Assembly (NCBI GenBank): GCA_965240325.2
Contig: OZ251241.1
Span: 806,001 to 870,000, forward strand
Length of the DNA stretch: 64,000 nt
Source: Rebecca billardiae RCC1528
Lineage: Eukaryota; Protista; Haptophyta
Reading direction: 5' to 3'
In this document: positions 12,801 through 22,323 of the stretch, piece after piece
How positions within the stretch are numbered: the stretch's first letter is position 1
How the letters are laid out: each line of letters opens with the position of its first letter
Notes under the pieces: model-generated
The model's input: only the letters and a program-made list of their open reading frames with translations
Database searches by the model: none
Told to the model about the DNA's origin: nothing
Made by a program: the position numbers and the translations under genes

Positions 12801-13011
12801 CACGGTGCTGCGCGGCGGGCGAGACGACTTTGAGCGTGCACTCGATGCGCTGCGCGCCGCGTCATCGCTAGCCGAGGCGCAGAAGGAGCGGGTGCGGATG
12901 CTCGGTGGCAAGGCGGTCGCGCACAGCAGCAGCAGTGGCGGCGGTGCGGGCGCGCCGCGTCAGCAGCCCTCGCAGTCGGCATCATCGTCGCGGCGGCAGA
13001 GTCGGTCGTGA
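9871..13011 (+). CDS. LpqC/PHB-depolymerase-like alpha/beta-hydrolase esterase with one TM helix and a long Ser/Pro/Arg-rich tail (start may be 10030)
   Basis: SPGCG, DDVKYV, CIDANRIHALGMSGG (GxSxG), VHGTHD, HHWP; hydrophobic helix followed by RRRRGK. Confidence 0.8.
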   Translation: MAGFKPKTSSSRTVALQQQARQQHSSEHRRNEWGSRRLSPACAGIRGAVGVADMSPGCGEEARGHQPGHKLYNITVDGRPRKFTLYVPSTYGSGTKSVPLVLGLPGTSDTAGWFEMYSNITHVADEYGFAVAIMRGENAEFNVLRDCATRPPPAADDVKYVSESLDLIAEKLCIDANRIHALGMSGGARFASCLAANLSDRIASIAAVAGVRYPRPNPAKRPVPVLAVHGTHDDVNPFGGGGNDDLWGTGVLDAVDGWADFNGCTQLSSTRVRLRGVLSDDDLHSPSHREDKMMHHAMVAHNGSNVNLTAHTGCRADADVLLYSVEGLKHHWPEAIDGERVAGSHRPWAADADTTVLAVRFFDAHPLKWAGAEDGGGGAGRGGGAVVLVLTSVLLSVCLLICLLLLCLLLLRRRRGKAVSASPAEEAEATGKSATKGSSKPRKGSLSKGYAPLDEEEGGAGGGALSASASKRRKSGTAAANGRGGADKAGGGRVADKAQDKAVAQAAATRSARKGTAANGDGYAKLDDDEGASDEPADAAASKRSSSPSLSAATSSLSAGAKTVRGASPAGQRGAARDAEAAAAAVNAGGTRAKPDADTDLGGVGAADGGSDEDGDKGTTRSAGRSPANQSGRGPVAKSASTGALKALGTAVRAMRRTTSSPTAPRSPRSTTPQPMPPKSPRSPALSPRPSVSAKAPTLVRSSTPPPPRVASRPVAQRDELRTAAAAPTLGVSRAAPPPKRLQQPGSEARELRPPYIAQSRSSPPLKSAQQQKPRAARAADEGPSSASAESGDAGGAGLRRPRARSSPSPGSAASSPTKPAPPARAAPTSASSTRKPSSACSRVSAASPGARAAPAASPSAARGEQRRASGSSARATAAEPRSPARSPARSPARSPARSPARSPARSPARSPARSPGGSGKSSRRASAGSSRNAAVQVSARPPAEAPPAVRSGTGGGRRGSQGRAAPAPSTRRELDPTVLRGGRDDFERALDALRAASSLAEAQKERVRMLGGKAVAHSSSSGGGAGAPRQQPSQSASSSRRQSRS
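12514..12621 (+). repeat. 12-bp coding minisatellite, (RSPA)x8 plus RSPG
   Basis: CGATCGCCGGCG-type units read directly. Confidence 0.95.
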
Positions 13012-13883
13012 TCTTGCGCGCCGTGATGTGAGTGACGATGGCGACTGTCTCTGTGTGATACTGATACTGCGCGAGTACTGCGCCGTCTCAGGGGCCGGGC
13101 TAATAAAATATCATTATTATAAATGTCGTAGTAAGGCGCGCGCGTCGTAGTAGACGTGCGCTGCTGAGTGCGGTGACTCAGCGGTGACTGCGGTGAGTGC
13201 CGTGCTGCTGCGGCAGCTGAATCAGCTGTCTTCAGCTGATCGACTGAGGGCAGTGAGGCGGTAACAGAATCAGATCGTCGTCGTCGACGAGTGACGACGT
13301 CACTCGGCGGTCAGACGTCCGCCCGGGACCGGCGCGACGACGGTGCTGTGCTGAAGTGTGAGGAGCTATTGGAGCTAATGTCCGTAGTCGAGACTCGAGT
13401 CAGAGTGTCGTATGTACTCGGTCCGCTGGCATCGAGTCGTGTCCGACTCTCTGGCTCTCTGCCAGTGTGTGTGTGAGTGTGAGTGAGTGAGACGGCGACG
13501 GCGCGGACGGAAGTCGGCTGCGGGCTAGCTAGTCAGTCGTCGATCTAGATTCTACTAGCACTATAGTAGCAGGCTAGTGCGGAAGCCCGCTCCGCAGCGG
13601 CCCGGTCGGCGGTCCGCAGCCTAAGTAGTCAGAGTCAGACTAGATAAGAGTCAGCATCATCAAACTTACGCTAGCTGCTAATATACGGCGGAGTACTAGA
13701 CTCGGTCGGAGCCGGCGCCGAGGCCGCCGGGCGGCGGGCCGCTCCACCCGGAGCGGTGCGCAAGGTGGCGAGTGACGAATCATCTAGAGTTGTGTCGTCG
13801 CGGACTCGGTCCTCAGTATTAAGCTGACAGTCGTAGTAGCGCACTGACAGTCTGACCGCCAACGGTCTGAGTGAGTCGCTGAG

Positions 13884-15650
13884 TCAGCCGTCGACGAAGC
13901 GGATCACCACGGTCGTGTTGGAGGGCAGCGTCGCGTCGGTGACGGTCAGGAGCGCGCCATCGCGCACCAGCTCGGTCATGTTCAGCGCCAGATTTGGCCG
14001 CGACGTCGCCTCGAGTGCGCCTCGCACGTACAGCGTGTCGCCGCGCAGGCCGCCTTCGCTCCGCACGGACGGCGCCTTGAAGCGCGTGCGCTCGTCCTCG
14101 ACCAGCATGCCCAGAACCTTCTCGAGCGTGGCGGAGCGCGGCACGGCGAGCTCGATGCGCGCGGACGAGCACGCGATGCACGACGGGTTGCGCTCGTACG
14201 CGAACGTCGGCGCGTACAGCCCGTTCGTGCCCATGTACATCGTGTTGTTGTTCAGGTAGGCCGAGCAGTTGGTGACGATCTTGAGCGCCTCTGTCGCGCA
14301 CATCGCGGACACGATCGCGTTGGTCGACGCGATGGCAGGGATGATGTTCTTGATCACGCCCTGCGCCTGCGTGAGCGAGACGCCCGGGATGCCGAACTGC
14401 TTCGCGCGCTCCGCCGCCTTCGCGTGCACCCACAGCTGGTACTCCGGGTCGTCCGTGTCCGGCTTGGCCGCGCCCGGGTGCTCGCGCTCGTACTGGATCA
14501 GGTGCGCGTACAGCACGCAGTGTGCCGCGTTGCGCGGCGTCTCGGCGATGGTGCACAGCGGCACGGCGAGTTGCGGCGGGAAGAGGTCGAGCGTGCACTC
14601 GAAGCACGCGCTCACCTGCATGCCGCGCCGCGCGCCGGCCGCGTCGAGAGCGGGCGCCACGAGGTCAGCCGCGCGCGCGCGTGCGCGGCGCGCGCATGCG
14701 CGTGTGCACGCGCGCGCGGGCAGGCGCCACGGCCGCCCGCGTGCGCGGCCGGCGCAGCCTGCGAGCGGCTGCCCACCTTGGGGAAGATGACGCGCGCGTG
14801 GCCCTTGAGCCCCTCCGTGCCACCGTCGATCATCGGGATCACCGACGTCAGGTCCGGCTTCATCTTGCCGTCCGGACCAGCCTCGTAGTTGACGAGCGAG
14901 CAGACCATCGAGTTGATCCAACGGCGCGCTGCCAGGGAGCCGCGCGCGGTCGGGCGCGCGGTGGTGCGCGGTCGGGCGCGCAGCGCGCGTCGAGAGGCGA
15001 GCGGCGGCGGTGCCGCGCGTGGGGCCCGCACGCACGCGCACGCCGACGCGAGCTCCTGCACGCGCCGGGCCGGGCACGCGCGCCTCGGCGCGCACGGCGG
15101 CGCGGGCGCGCACCTTCGATCGAGTCGAGCCCAAGCACGATGATCTGGAACTGGCGGTAGAAGTCGGCGTCCTTGTCCTGGATCTTGCAGAAGTGCGGCG
15201 TGACGGTGACGCCACGCACGCGGCGCATGACGAACTCGGCAGCCACCTGCGTCGGCGCACAACGCGGCGGAGCGGCTCGGCGAGCGCGCACGCACGTGCG
15301 AGCTGCGTGGACGAGCGGCGCGACGCGCACACCTCTGCCTTTGGTCGCCCGACGTCACCGCCTCGGAAGAGGAACTGCCGGTTGAGGTTCGTGACGTCGA
15401 TCGTGTCGAGGTCGATCACGTCGATCTGCCCGAAGCCCACGAGAGCCAGGTCTTTGAGCAGCTCGCAACCAAGCCCGCCTGCGCCGATGACGAGCACGCG
15501 CGCCATCGTGCGCAGGAACGGGAGGATGTCGGGCGACGGCTCGAAGGCCACCCGATCGTCGAAGAGAGTGCCATAGTTGTTGTGATTCGCAAGAGGCGCT
15601 GTGCGCAGCAGCAGCTGGTTGACGTCCTGGAAGCGCTCGGCGTCGCTCAT
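13884..15650 (-). CDS. UBA3: NEDD8-activating enzyme E1 catalytic subunit, 4 exons (15650-15333, 15246-15114, 14928-14777, 14615-13884)
   Basis: [38 protein letters not shown], catalytic [22 protein letters not shown]. Confidence 0.95.
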   Translation of the reverse strand: MSDAERFQDVNQLLLRTAPLANHNNYGTLFDDRVAFEPSPDILPFLRTMARVLVIGAGGLGCELLKDLALVGFGQIDVIDLDTIDVTNLNRQFLFRGGDVGRPKAEVCASRRSSTQLARACALAEPLRRVVRRRRWLPSSSCAACVASPSRRTSARSRTRTPTSTASSRSSCLGSTRSKVRARAAVRAEARVPGPARAGARVGVRVRAGPTRGTAAARLSTRAARPTAHHRAPDRARLPGSAPLDQLDGLLARQLRGWSGRQDEAGPDVGDPDDRRWHGGAQGPRARHLPQGGQPLAGCAGRARGRPWRLPARACTRACARRARARAADLVAPALDAAGARRGMQVSACFECTLDLFPPQLAVPLCTIAETPRNAAHCVLYAHLIQYEREHPGAAKPDTDDPEYQLWVHAKAAERAKQFGIPGVSLTQAQGVIKNIIPAIASTNAIVSAMCATEALKIVTNCSAYLNNNTMYMGTNGLYAPTFAYERNPSCIACSSARIELAVPRSATLEKVLGMLVEDERTRFKAPSVRSEGGLRGDTLYVRGALEATSRPNLALNMTELVRDGALLTVTDATLPSNTTVVIRFVDG

Positions 15651-16032
15651 CGCGAGCCTCGACGGCGGGCGCTGCGCCACCGACGACTTGGTGCACGGCG
15701 TGCGTGCGCGGCTGGGCTGGTACAGTAGGGAGGGAGTCCGGTGCGTCAGGACAAGTCTCTCGGTGCGCACGCACGGCAGCACGTACGTGTGCATGCCGCT
15801 CAGGCCTTGGTCAGTGCGCGGAGGGCGTAGGCCGTAACTCAGACGCGTCTGAGGCGACGCACAGCTCACTGTTCATTGGCAGTGTTCGGCCGCATACACG
15901 CGCATATGTATTTATCCTACTCTGAGGGGTGACACTGCCAGGCGCCGCCGCGAGACGCACGGCGAGGGTTGAGGCACGGCCGCGCAAATCACGATACTGT
16001 ACGAGTGCTGACTTGCCGAGTGATGAATACAT

Positions 16033-16765
16033 TCAGTCGAGCGTCTCGAAGAACGAGCCACCGCGGATGCCCATCCACGAGTCGAATTGCGCCTTGTCCA
16101 TGCCCTGCTTCTTGACAAAGTAGCTCTTGTAGATCGCAATGTTGTCCGTCCACCGATTCACGCCCTCCTTCATGCGCGGCAGGGCGCTGGCCATGCGCCG
16201 CAGCTGCTCGGCCTCGTTCTCGTCGCCGCTCTTCACCTTTGCTTCGAGCGCCGCACGCTCGCGCTTCACGCGCTCGAGCTGCTGCACGCGCTGCTGGTAC
16301 TCCGGCGCCGATGGAGGCACCACGATCGCGGCCTCGGCCTCTGCCAGCAGCGCCTTCTGCCTCGCCTCGTATTCGACGCACTGCTGCTCGTCGCGCTCGA
16401 GGTCCTGCAGGCGCACGCGCTTGGCCTGCGCGACTGCCGACGGGAACGACCAAAAGTACGTGCTGGTGCCAATCTTCTCCATGTTGATCAGATTGTCGTG
16501 GTACAGCTCCATCGTGACATCCTTCACAGCCTGCTGCACGACCTGCTTGGCCTTGGGCGCAATCCGCTCCAGGTCCTTGAGCTGGTACGGGCGCACGGGC
16601 TGCTCGTGGAAGATCTCGAGCAAGCGCTTGCGCTTCTCGGCCGCTGACACGCCCTTCTTCGATGCCTGCGCGCGCGGAGGCCCGGGGCAGTCGCGTGAGG
16701 CGGAGCGCATGCGAGGTAGGGCCGCAGCGCGCTTCCCGCTCGACCGGCGAGGCGCAGCCCACCAT
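16033..16765 (-). CDS. MND1: Meiotic nuclear division protein 1; exon 1 is the ATG alone (16765-16763), exon 2 is 16665-16033
   Basis: SKKGVSAAEKRKRLLEIF, YQLKDLERIAPK, EKIGTSTYFWSFPS, NRWTDNI. Confidence 0.93.
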
Positions 16766-16938
16766 CGTGTGCTGGTTGAAGCAAAGGCCAAACGGTCGCC
16801 TCCTGGCTTGGATTTCGCGTGAAAATGAAATCGATATCGATTCATTTTTCCGCGGGGCTACAGCGGTGCGCTCGCGTGCGGTGCCTGCTCAAGCCGCCGC
16901 GAAGGACCCGTGCTGGTGAGTGACCTCGCCGAGACGGG

Positions 16939-18129
16939 ATGCACGTCGCAACGCGTCACGTGCGGCGGTTGTGCACGCGTGCGATGGGGCTCGCTCCGTC
17001 GGACGCCGCGCTACAGCTTGCGCAGCTCCCCGAGTTCGCCGAGGCGCGCAGCCTGGTCGCGCGAGGGGCCCACGCCGACGCTGCGCCGCTGATCGCGCGA
17101 GCCCTCGACATCTGCACGCACATGCCGATGCCATCGATGCGCTTCCTCGCGCTCGAGGCGAGGGCGAGCGTGGAGGCGGCGATGGGGCAGCTCGACGCCG
17201 AGCTTGACACGCGCACACGCCTCGTGGCGGACACGCCGGGCTGCTCGCCAGCCGAGGCGGCACTCGCGCGGCACGGGCTGGTGTTGTGTCGGCTGCGCCG
17301 CGGCGAGGCGCGCGACGCGGAAGCGGAGGCATCCGCCGCGCTCGAGGCGTGCACGGATCTCCCGTGGGAGGCGTCCGCGATGTTCAAGCTGCACCTGCTC
17401 GCCGCGGCGTACGGAGACGGACCAGTCGACGGTGACAGCATGCGTGAGCGCGCGCGCGCGCTCACAGCGGCGCTTCCGGACGACAGCCCACAGGCGCAGC
17501 GCTTCGAGTGGGAGGCGAAGCTCCTGCTCGGCGAGTACCTGACGGCGTCGGACGCGGATGACGCGTCGGCGCAGGCTCTCGACGCGCTCGCGGGGATGCT
17601 CCCCGGTGGCACGGGCTGCGTGGGCCGATTGGGGTGCGGATGGGAGCTGGCGACAGAAGCGGCCCTGGTGGCAGCGGACGCGCACGCCCAAGCCGCCGAG
17701 CTCGAGAAGGCCGAGAACGTGCTGGCCTGCGGGCTGCGGCTCGCGCAGTCGCACGCGGCCGAGGCGAGCGTGCTGGTGCCCCGATGTGTCCATGCGCTCG
17801 CCCTCGTCTTTGATGAGAAGCGTGACGCGCTCACCGCCGAAGGCCTCCACCGCTCGGCTGTCGATCAGCTCGCGAGCTCGCCGCGCGTCGGCACGCTTGC
17901 GGGCGCGCGCGCGCTCCACGCTGCGCTCCTCGCCTACGCCCGGTTGCTCGACGGGCTCGAGACCAACGGCAGGCCCCGGCGCACCGAGGCAGAGCAACAC
18001 CGCACACGCGCAGACGAGCTCGCCGCACATTTTGACGGGCAGCTGTCGAGCCGGTTTGGTCATGCGTGCTTCATCGACGCATATGATGCTCGGCACACCT
18101 GGGCGTGGTGGCAGGCTTCGTCATCGTGA
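16939..18129 (+). CDS. Helical TPR-like protein with probable mitochondrial presequence
   Basis: 396-aa ORF with coding-type GC3; Arg-rich, acid-free N-terminus MHVATRHVRRLCT; Ala/Leu helical repeats. Confidence 0.6.
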   Translation: MHVATRHVRRLCTRAMGLAPSDAALQLAQLPEFAEARSLVARGAHADAAPLIARALDICTHMPMPSMRFLALEARASVEAAMGQLDAELDTRTRLVADTPGCSPAEAALARHGLVLCRLRRGEARDAEAEASAALEACTDLPWEASAMFKLHLLAAAYGDGPVDGDSMRERARALTAALPDDSPQAQRFEWEAKLLLGEYLTASDADDASAQALDALAGMLPGGTGCVGRLGCGWELATEAALVAADAHAQAAELEKAENVLACGLRLAQSHAAEASVLVPRCVHALALVFDEKRDALTAEGLHRSAVDQLASSPRVGTLAGARALHAALLAYARLLDGLETNGRPRRTEAEQHRTRADELAAHFDGQLSSRFGHACFIDAYDARHTWAWWQASSS

Positions 18130-19031
18130 ATCACTCAGCGGTGCCAGCCGTCGCAGACCGGCTGGGCCCAAACCCGCTCGACATGGTCCGCGGCTGGGCC
18201 GACACTCGAGTCTCGTGAGTCGAGAGGCGATATGGAGGCTCACTCACAATGCTCATTTCACTCTCGGCAGTCTTCACGCGGGCGGCAGTTCAGACGGCTG
18301 GTCGGCTGCGGAGTGCGGTGGCTAGCCTATCTATTGTAGTTATTGACTGGACATACACTGGTTATTAGCAGCCGGCTGGTGAGTGGCGGCCGGGTGGCGG
18401 CGGGCTGTCCGCTGTGACATCGTCATAGCGCGGCATCAGTCTCAGCTCAGATCAGCAGCACCGGGTCGGGTCTGCGCAGGCTGCACGGGCGGCGCGGTCC
18501 GAGCCCGCGTCATGCTACTGGCCAGTTGTGCGCGGCCCGCGGCTGAACTATACTGTCGTCAATATTATATAAGCAGACGACTGGCGATGATGCTGACCGT
18601 CGACAGCACTGTTGACTGTAGTCGGATCACGGATGATGATGACTCAGATGAGCGCCGGCGGCGCCGGGCGGCGCGGACGGCGGAGCAGTCACGGAGCGGG
18701 CCGCTCCGCGAGTCCCGGGGCACGGTCGTGAGTCGTCATCGCGGCACGCAGCATCGCGTCGTCAGTGTCACGACTCATGGGCAAGTGGCCGGCAGCCTGA
18801 GAGTTGCGAGCCCGCGGCCCGCGGCCGTGCCCACATGCATGCTGCAGGGTTCCGCCTGACACTTCCCGGGGCGTGTCCAGACTCCAGTCTCCGGACCGCA
18901 CACGGCGGCAGGTACGGTCCGCTGGTGCAAGAGCAGATGCTCACGATGGCACGCACGCGCACACGGGGGGCATCAGCAGGCCAGTGCGCCCACGTGGAGG
19001 AGAGCACCCGTGTTGTCGATGCGTTGTAGCT

Positions 19032-19635
19032 TCATTCATTTGGTGCCTCCGCCTGCACCTCCGCACGGATGACGATATCCTCGTCTCTTGGCGCGAAAAT
19101 CTTCTTGCCGTTGTCGAGCTCGATCTGGTATGGTGCGAATTGGCCGGTCTCCCAGCCGGGCTCGCGGTACCACTGGAGAATAACGGTGCCTGCGGCCCAG
19201 GTGTTCGGGCCGACCCGGCACTCCACGCGCGCGCCCACATCGAAGCGCAGCTGCACATCGGGCGGATCACCAGACTCCGGCGGTGGCGGCCATTCGATCT
19301 GCTCGCCGCGGCCCCACCCTTCGAGGACGTCGCCTGGTGGCATGAAGTCCTGGAGGTCCTCGACGGTGACATCGTCGACCTCCTTCGGGATGCCGAACAT
19401 CTGCACCGGCGCGTCCTTGTAGATGATTCGGATGATCGTGTCCACCGGGGCACACTCTGGGTCGCCACAAATCATCTCGCTCACTGTGATGTCCTCGATC
19501 AGCGCCATCGCGGCTTCCGGCACGAGCTCGGTGAAGCTCTGCTTCACCTTCTGCATGAATTGCTTCTTCGCATCCTTCTTCTTGCCAGCCTCGGGGTCCA
19601 TGAAGCGCCCGAACGGATTCATCTTCTTGTTCATG
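19032..19635 (-). CDS. Hypothetical two-domain protein: CGDPECAP domain plus SH3-like LRFxVGxRVEC...PYQI domain
   Basis: Globular 200-aa ORF from MNKKMNPF with strong codon bias; divergent from the cyclophilin gene. Confidence 0.8.
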
Positions 19636-19872
19636 ACCCGCCGCCTCCAATGCTCCAGACACGGGGGGCGATGGCAATGGCGGACGCCGCGGAGATCTTC
19701 CGGAGAGGAGCCGGCGAGCCGCGCGAAGATGCAAAGCAGAGCTAGAGCGTGCCGGACGCACGGCTCCGCTGTCCGCAAAATAATTTCCGGCCGTTCCGGC
19801 CGGCGTTGTGTCGTTACTTGATCGTTTCTCGACCCTGCAGCACCCCTCCGTGGTGGCCTCACGTCGCGGAAA

Positions 19873-21357
19873 ATGCGCCTCACCGTCGCCGGGCGCGTGA
19901 ACGATGGTGGCTTCTGGCGCGCGCGGCGTGCGGCCATTCTGGTCGCCGCTGACGACCCTGAGATCGACGACCTCGATCTCAAGCCGCTCTTCCCGGCGGA
20001 ATACGACATGTTCCTCGAGGCGGCAAAGAAGGTGATGCGCAGCGCCGCCGCGTGCGATCTCGTGCCCATGCCCATGTGCCCGCTGCTCACCGCGTGTGGC
20101 GCGTTCCTCGCGTGGGCGCAGGCGCTCGGAGGCGATGCGTGGAGCCACACTGCCAACTGCATCGTCTTTGGCGAGGGCTCGATCGGCTACGTCGGCGACG
20201 CTGACGCTATGCGCGAGTGGGCCTTTGACCGCGCCAAGATTGTGGACTCCGAGCCCGCGGAGGCATACGCGGAGTACGCGCGCACGACGTACCGAACGCT
20301 CGTCGCCGAGGCAAAGGACGCCTTTGTGAGCCTCAGCCTGACGCACGGTGGCCAGCCGCTCGGCCAGCCGCTCGTCTTCAAGCTCGATGTCGACCGGCTG
20401 CCCAAGTCGAGCGCGCACTTTGGCGCGCTCTGCGGCCTGGGCAGCAGCACGTCGCAGGCGCCGTACATTGGCTCTCGCATACGGCGGATCGTGCCCGGCG
20501 GCTTCGCGCAGGGCGGCGAGCTCGCCGAAGGCACCGCTGACGAGTGGGAGCGCGAGCAGTACGCCCTGCAGATGGCCGAGGTGCAGGCGGCAGCGACCGC
20601 CGAGCTTGGGCCGCGGCTCTCGCTGGTCGAGCTCAACCTCACCGAGCTCTCGATCCGGGTGGTGCGCCAGTTCGAGTTCCAGGGCGGCTCGGCCGACTAC
20701 GTGAACCCGGAGGCCGAGGCCGAGCTGTGCGGGGAGGTGGCGCTCGCCCTCGCCGTGTGCAACCGGCTGCTCGCCGAGAAGGGCCTCTCGCCGCTCCGGA
20801 TCGACGTCGAGGGCCACACCAAGTACGACCGGACTCTCGTCACCGAGAATTACGAGCTGTCGCAACGCCGCGCGGAGCACGTGCGGGACGACCTCGTCGC
20901 GAAGCTCGTGCAGCTCTCCGAGAAGGAGGGCAGCGGCAGCGCCTCGCGCGCGACCCTGGAGCGGCTCTTCGTGGTGCACGGCTTTGGCGGCGACAAGCTC
21001 GATGCGCGCCGCGTCGTGCTGCGCGTCATCCCGCCGTCGGAGGCGCGCACGTCGGCCGAGGGGGGCGGGCCCGACGCAGCCGACGCGGATCCCGCCGGCC
21101 TGCCCGACGAGTCGTTCATGCACTCGCACACCCGCGTCGGCATGCTCGGCTTCGCCAACCACGGCCCGCACTCGGCCGGCACGCAGTTCTACGTCATGTT
21201 TGGCCCGGTGCCCACGATGGACCACAAGTACGTGGCGTTCGGCCAGCTCGTGGATGGACTCGCGACGCTGCGAGCGCTCGAGGCGGTCGAGACGGCGAAC
21301 GAGGTGCCTGTTCAGCCTGTGGAGATTGCTGCCGCTGGGAAGTTCGTCCTGGAGTGA
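19873..21357 (+). CDS. PPIL6-like cyclophilin with inserted OmpA-C-like domain
   Basis: Cyclophilin halves RRIVPGGFAQGG and DESF..H..VGMLGFANHGPHSAGTQFY...YVAFGQLVDG flank IDVEGHT...NYELSQRRAEHVR...GFG...RRV. Confidence 0.85.
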   Translation: MRLTVAGRVNDGGFWRARRAAILVAADDPEIDDLDLKPLFPAEYDMFLEAAKKVMRSAAACDLVPMPMCPLLTACGAFLAWAQALGGDAWSHTANCIVFGEGSIGYVGDADAMREWAFDRAKIVDSEPAEAYAEYARTTYRTLVAEAKDAFVSLSLTHGGQPLGQPLVFKLDVDRLPKSSAHFGALCGLGSSTSQAPYIGSRIRRIVPGGFAQGGELAEGTADEWEREQYALQMAEVQAAATAELGPRLSLVELNLTELSIRVVRQFEFQGGSADYVNPEAEAELCGEVALALAVCNRLLAEKGLSPLRIDVEGHTKYDRTLVTENYELSQRRAEHVRDDLVAKLVQLSEKEGSGSASRATLERLFVVHGFGGDKLDARRVVLRVIPPSEARTSAEGGGPDAADADPAGLPDESFMHSHTRVGMLGFANHGPHSAGTQFYVMFGPVPTMDHKYVAFGQLVDGLATLRALEAVETANEVPVQPVEIAAAGKFVLE

Positions 21358-22323
21358 TGTCGCGCTCGACTGGATCCACGCTCGCGCGCGCGTCCGCGCG
21401 TCCACCGCGCCTCCGGCTTGCTCGATCCTAGTCGGGCGTCATCATTGGCCGCTCGTCTCCACATCTTCACCCAGCCCAGGTCGTTCAGGCATCTGCCGCG
21501 AGGCGCTGCTCAATCAACGGCCACATCCTGCACTCATGCCGGCACGTACTCATGATGGCTTGCATGCCCACAGCCAGATGCCGCTCACAGCGCCATATGC
21601 CGGGCACCCAGGGCCAGCGGATCGCCATGCGTGCCCTGCACAGTGCACTGCCACTGAGTCGGTGCCAGTGCACTGCGATGAGCGGAGTGGTGGCGCGCGA
21701 GCACGCCGCAAGCAGAATGCATCGGACAGTAGATCGAGCATCGTCAGCAGACTCGTCACTGATGATTCGTCAAAGTTGGCACATCATCAGACATGACGCA
21801 TCGCCGAGTCGGACGATCGGCAGAGGCCAGAGGCAGAGCCGGCCGCGCGCGGCGCCCACGCGCTGACGCGGATCGAGCACGGCCAGAGACACGGCACGCA
21901 GTGATGTCATTGTCAGCCGCTCAGCAGCAGAAGCTTCACAGTCTGATGCGGCCTGGCGGAGTGGTGGATCTGATGTCTATGAGTACTAAGTTTCACTACT
22001 ATCATCACTATTCGGACCGTGAACTCTGAAGCGCGCCTGCGGGGCCTGCGCCGACCGAGAGTGCGTGCCGTAGTTATGTATGGAGAGTCCGCGTCGTTGC
22101 AGATTGCACGGTCTGGCCGGCCAGAGACCTGTAGTAGTAGTCTGTTGCAGTCGTGCAGTCTCGGCAGGCGCGGCTGCTCAGCAGCTCGCAGAGCTGCCCC
22201 AGACCGCGGCCGCGGCGGGCGGGCCGCTGCCGGACTGCGCCCGCCAGCCGCTCCTCGGAGTAGTCGTGGCGCGCGCCCTCGACGATGTCCGTGCCGATCC
22301 GATCTGACTCAGCTCGGAGCATC

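Noticed and set aside
19267-21405. Long antisense ORFs (also 24663-26951, 37506-39431, 57810-60737)
   Set aside because: Shadows of GC3-rich genes on the opposite strand
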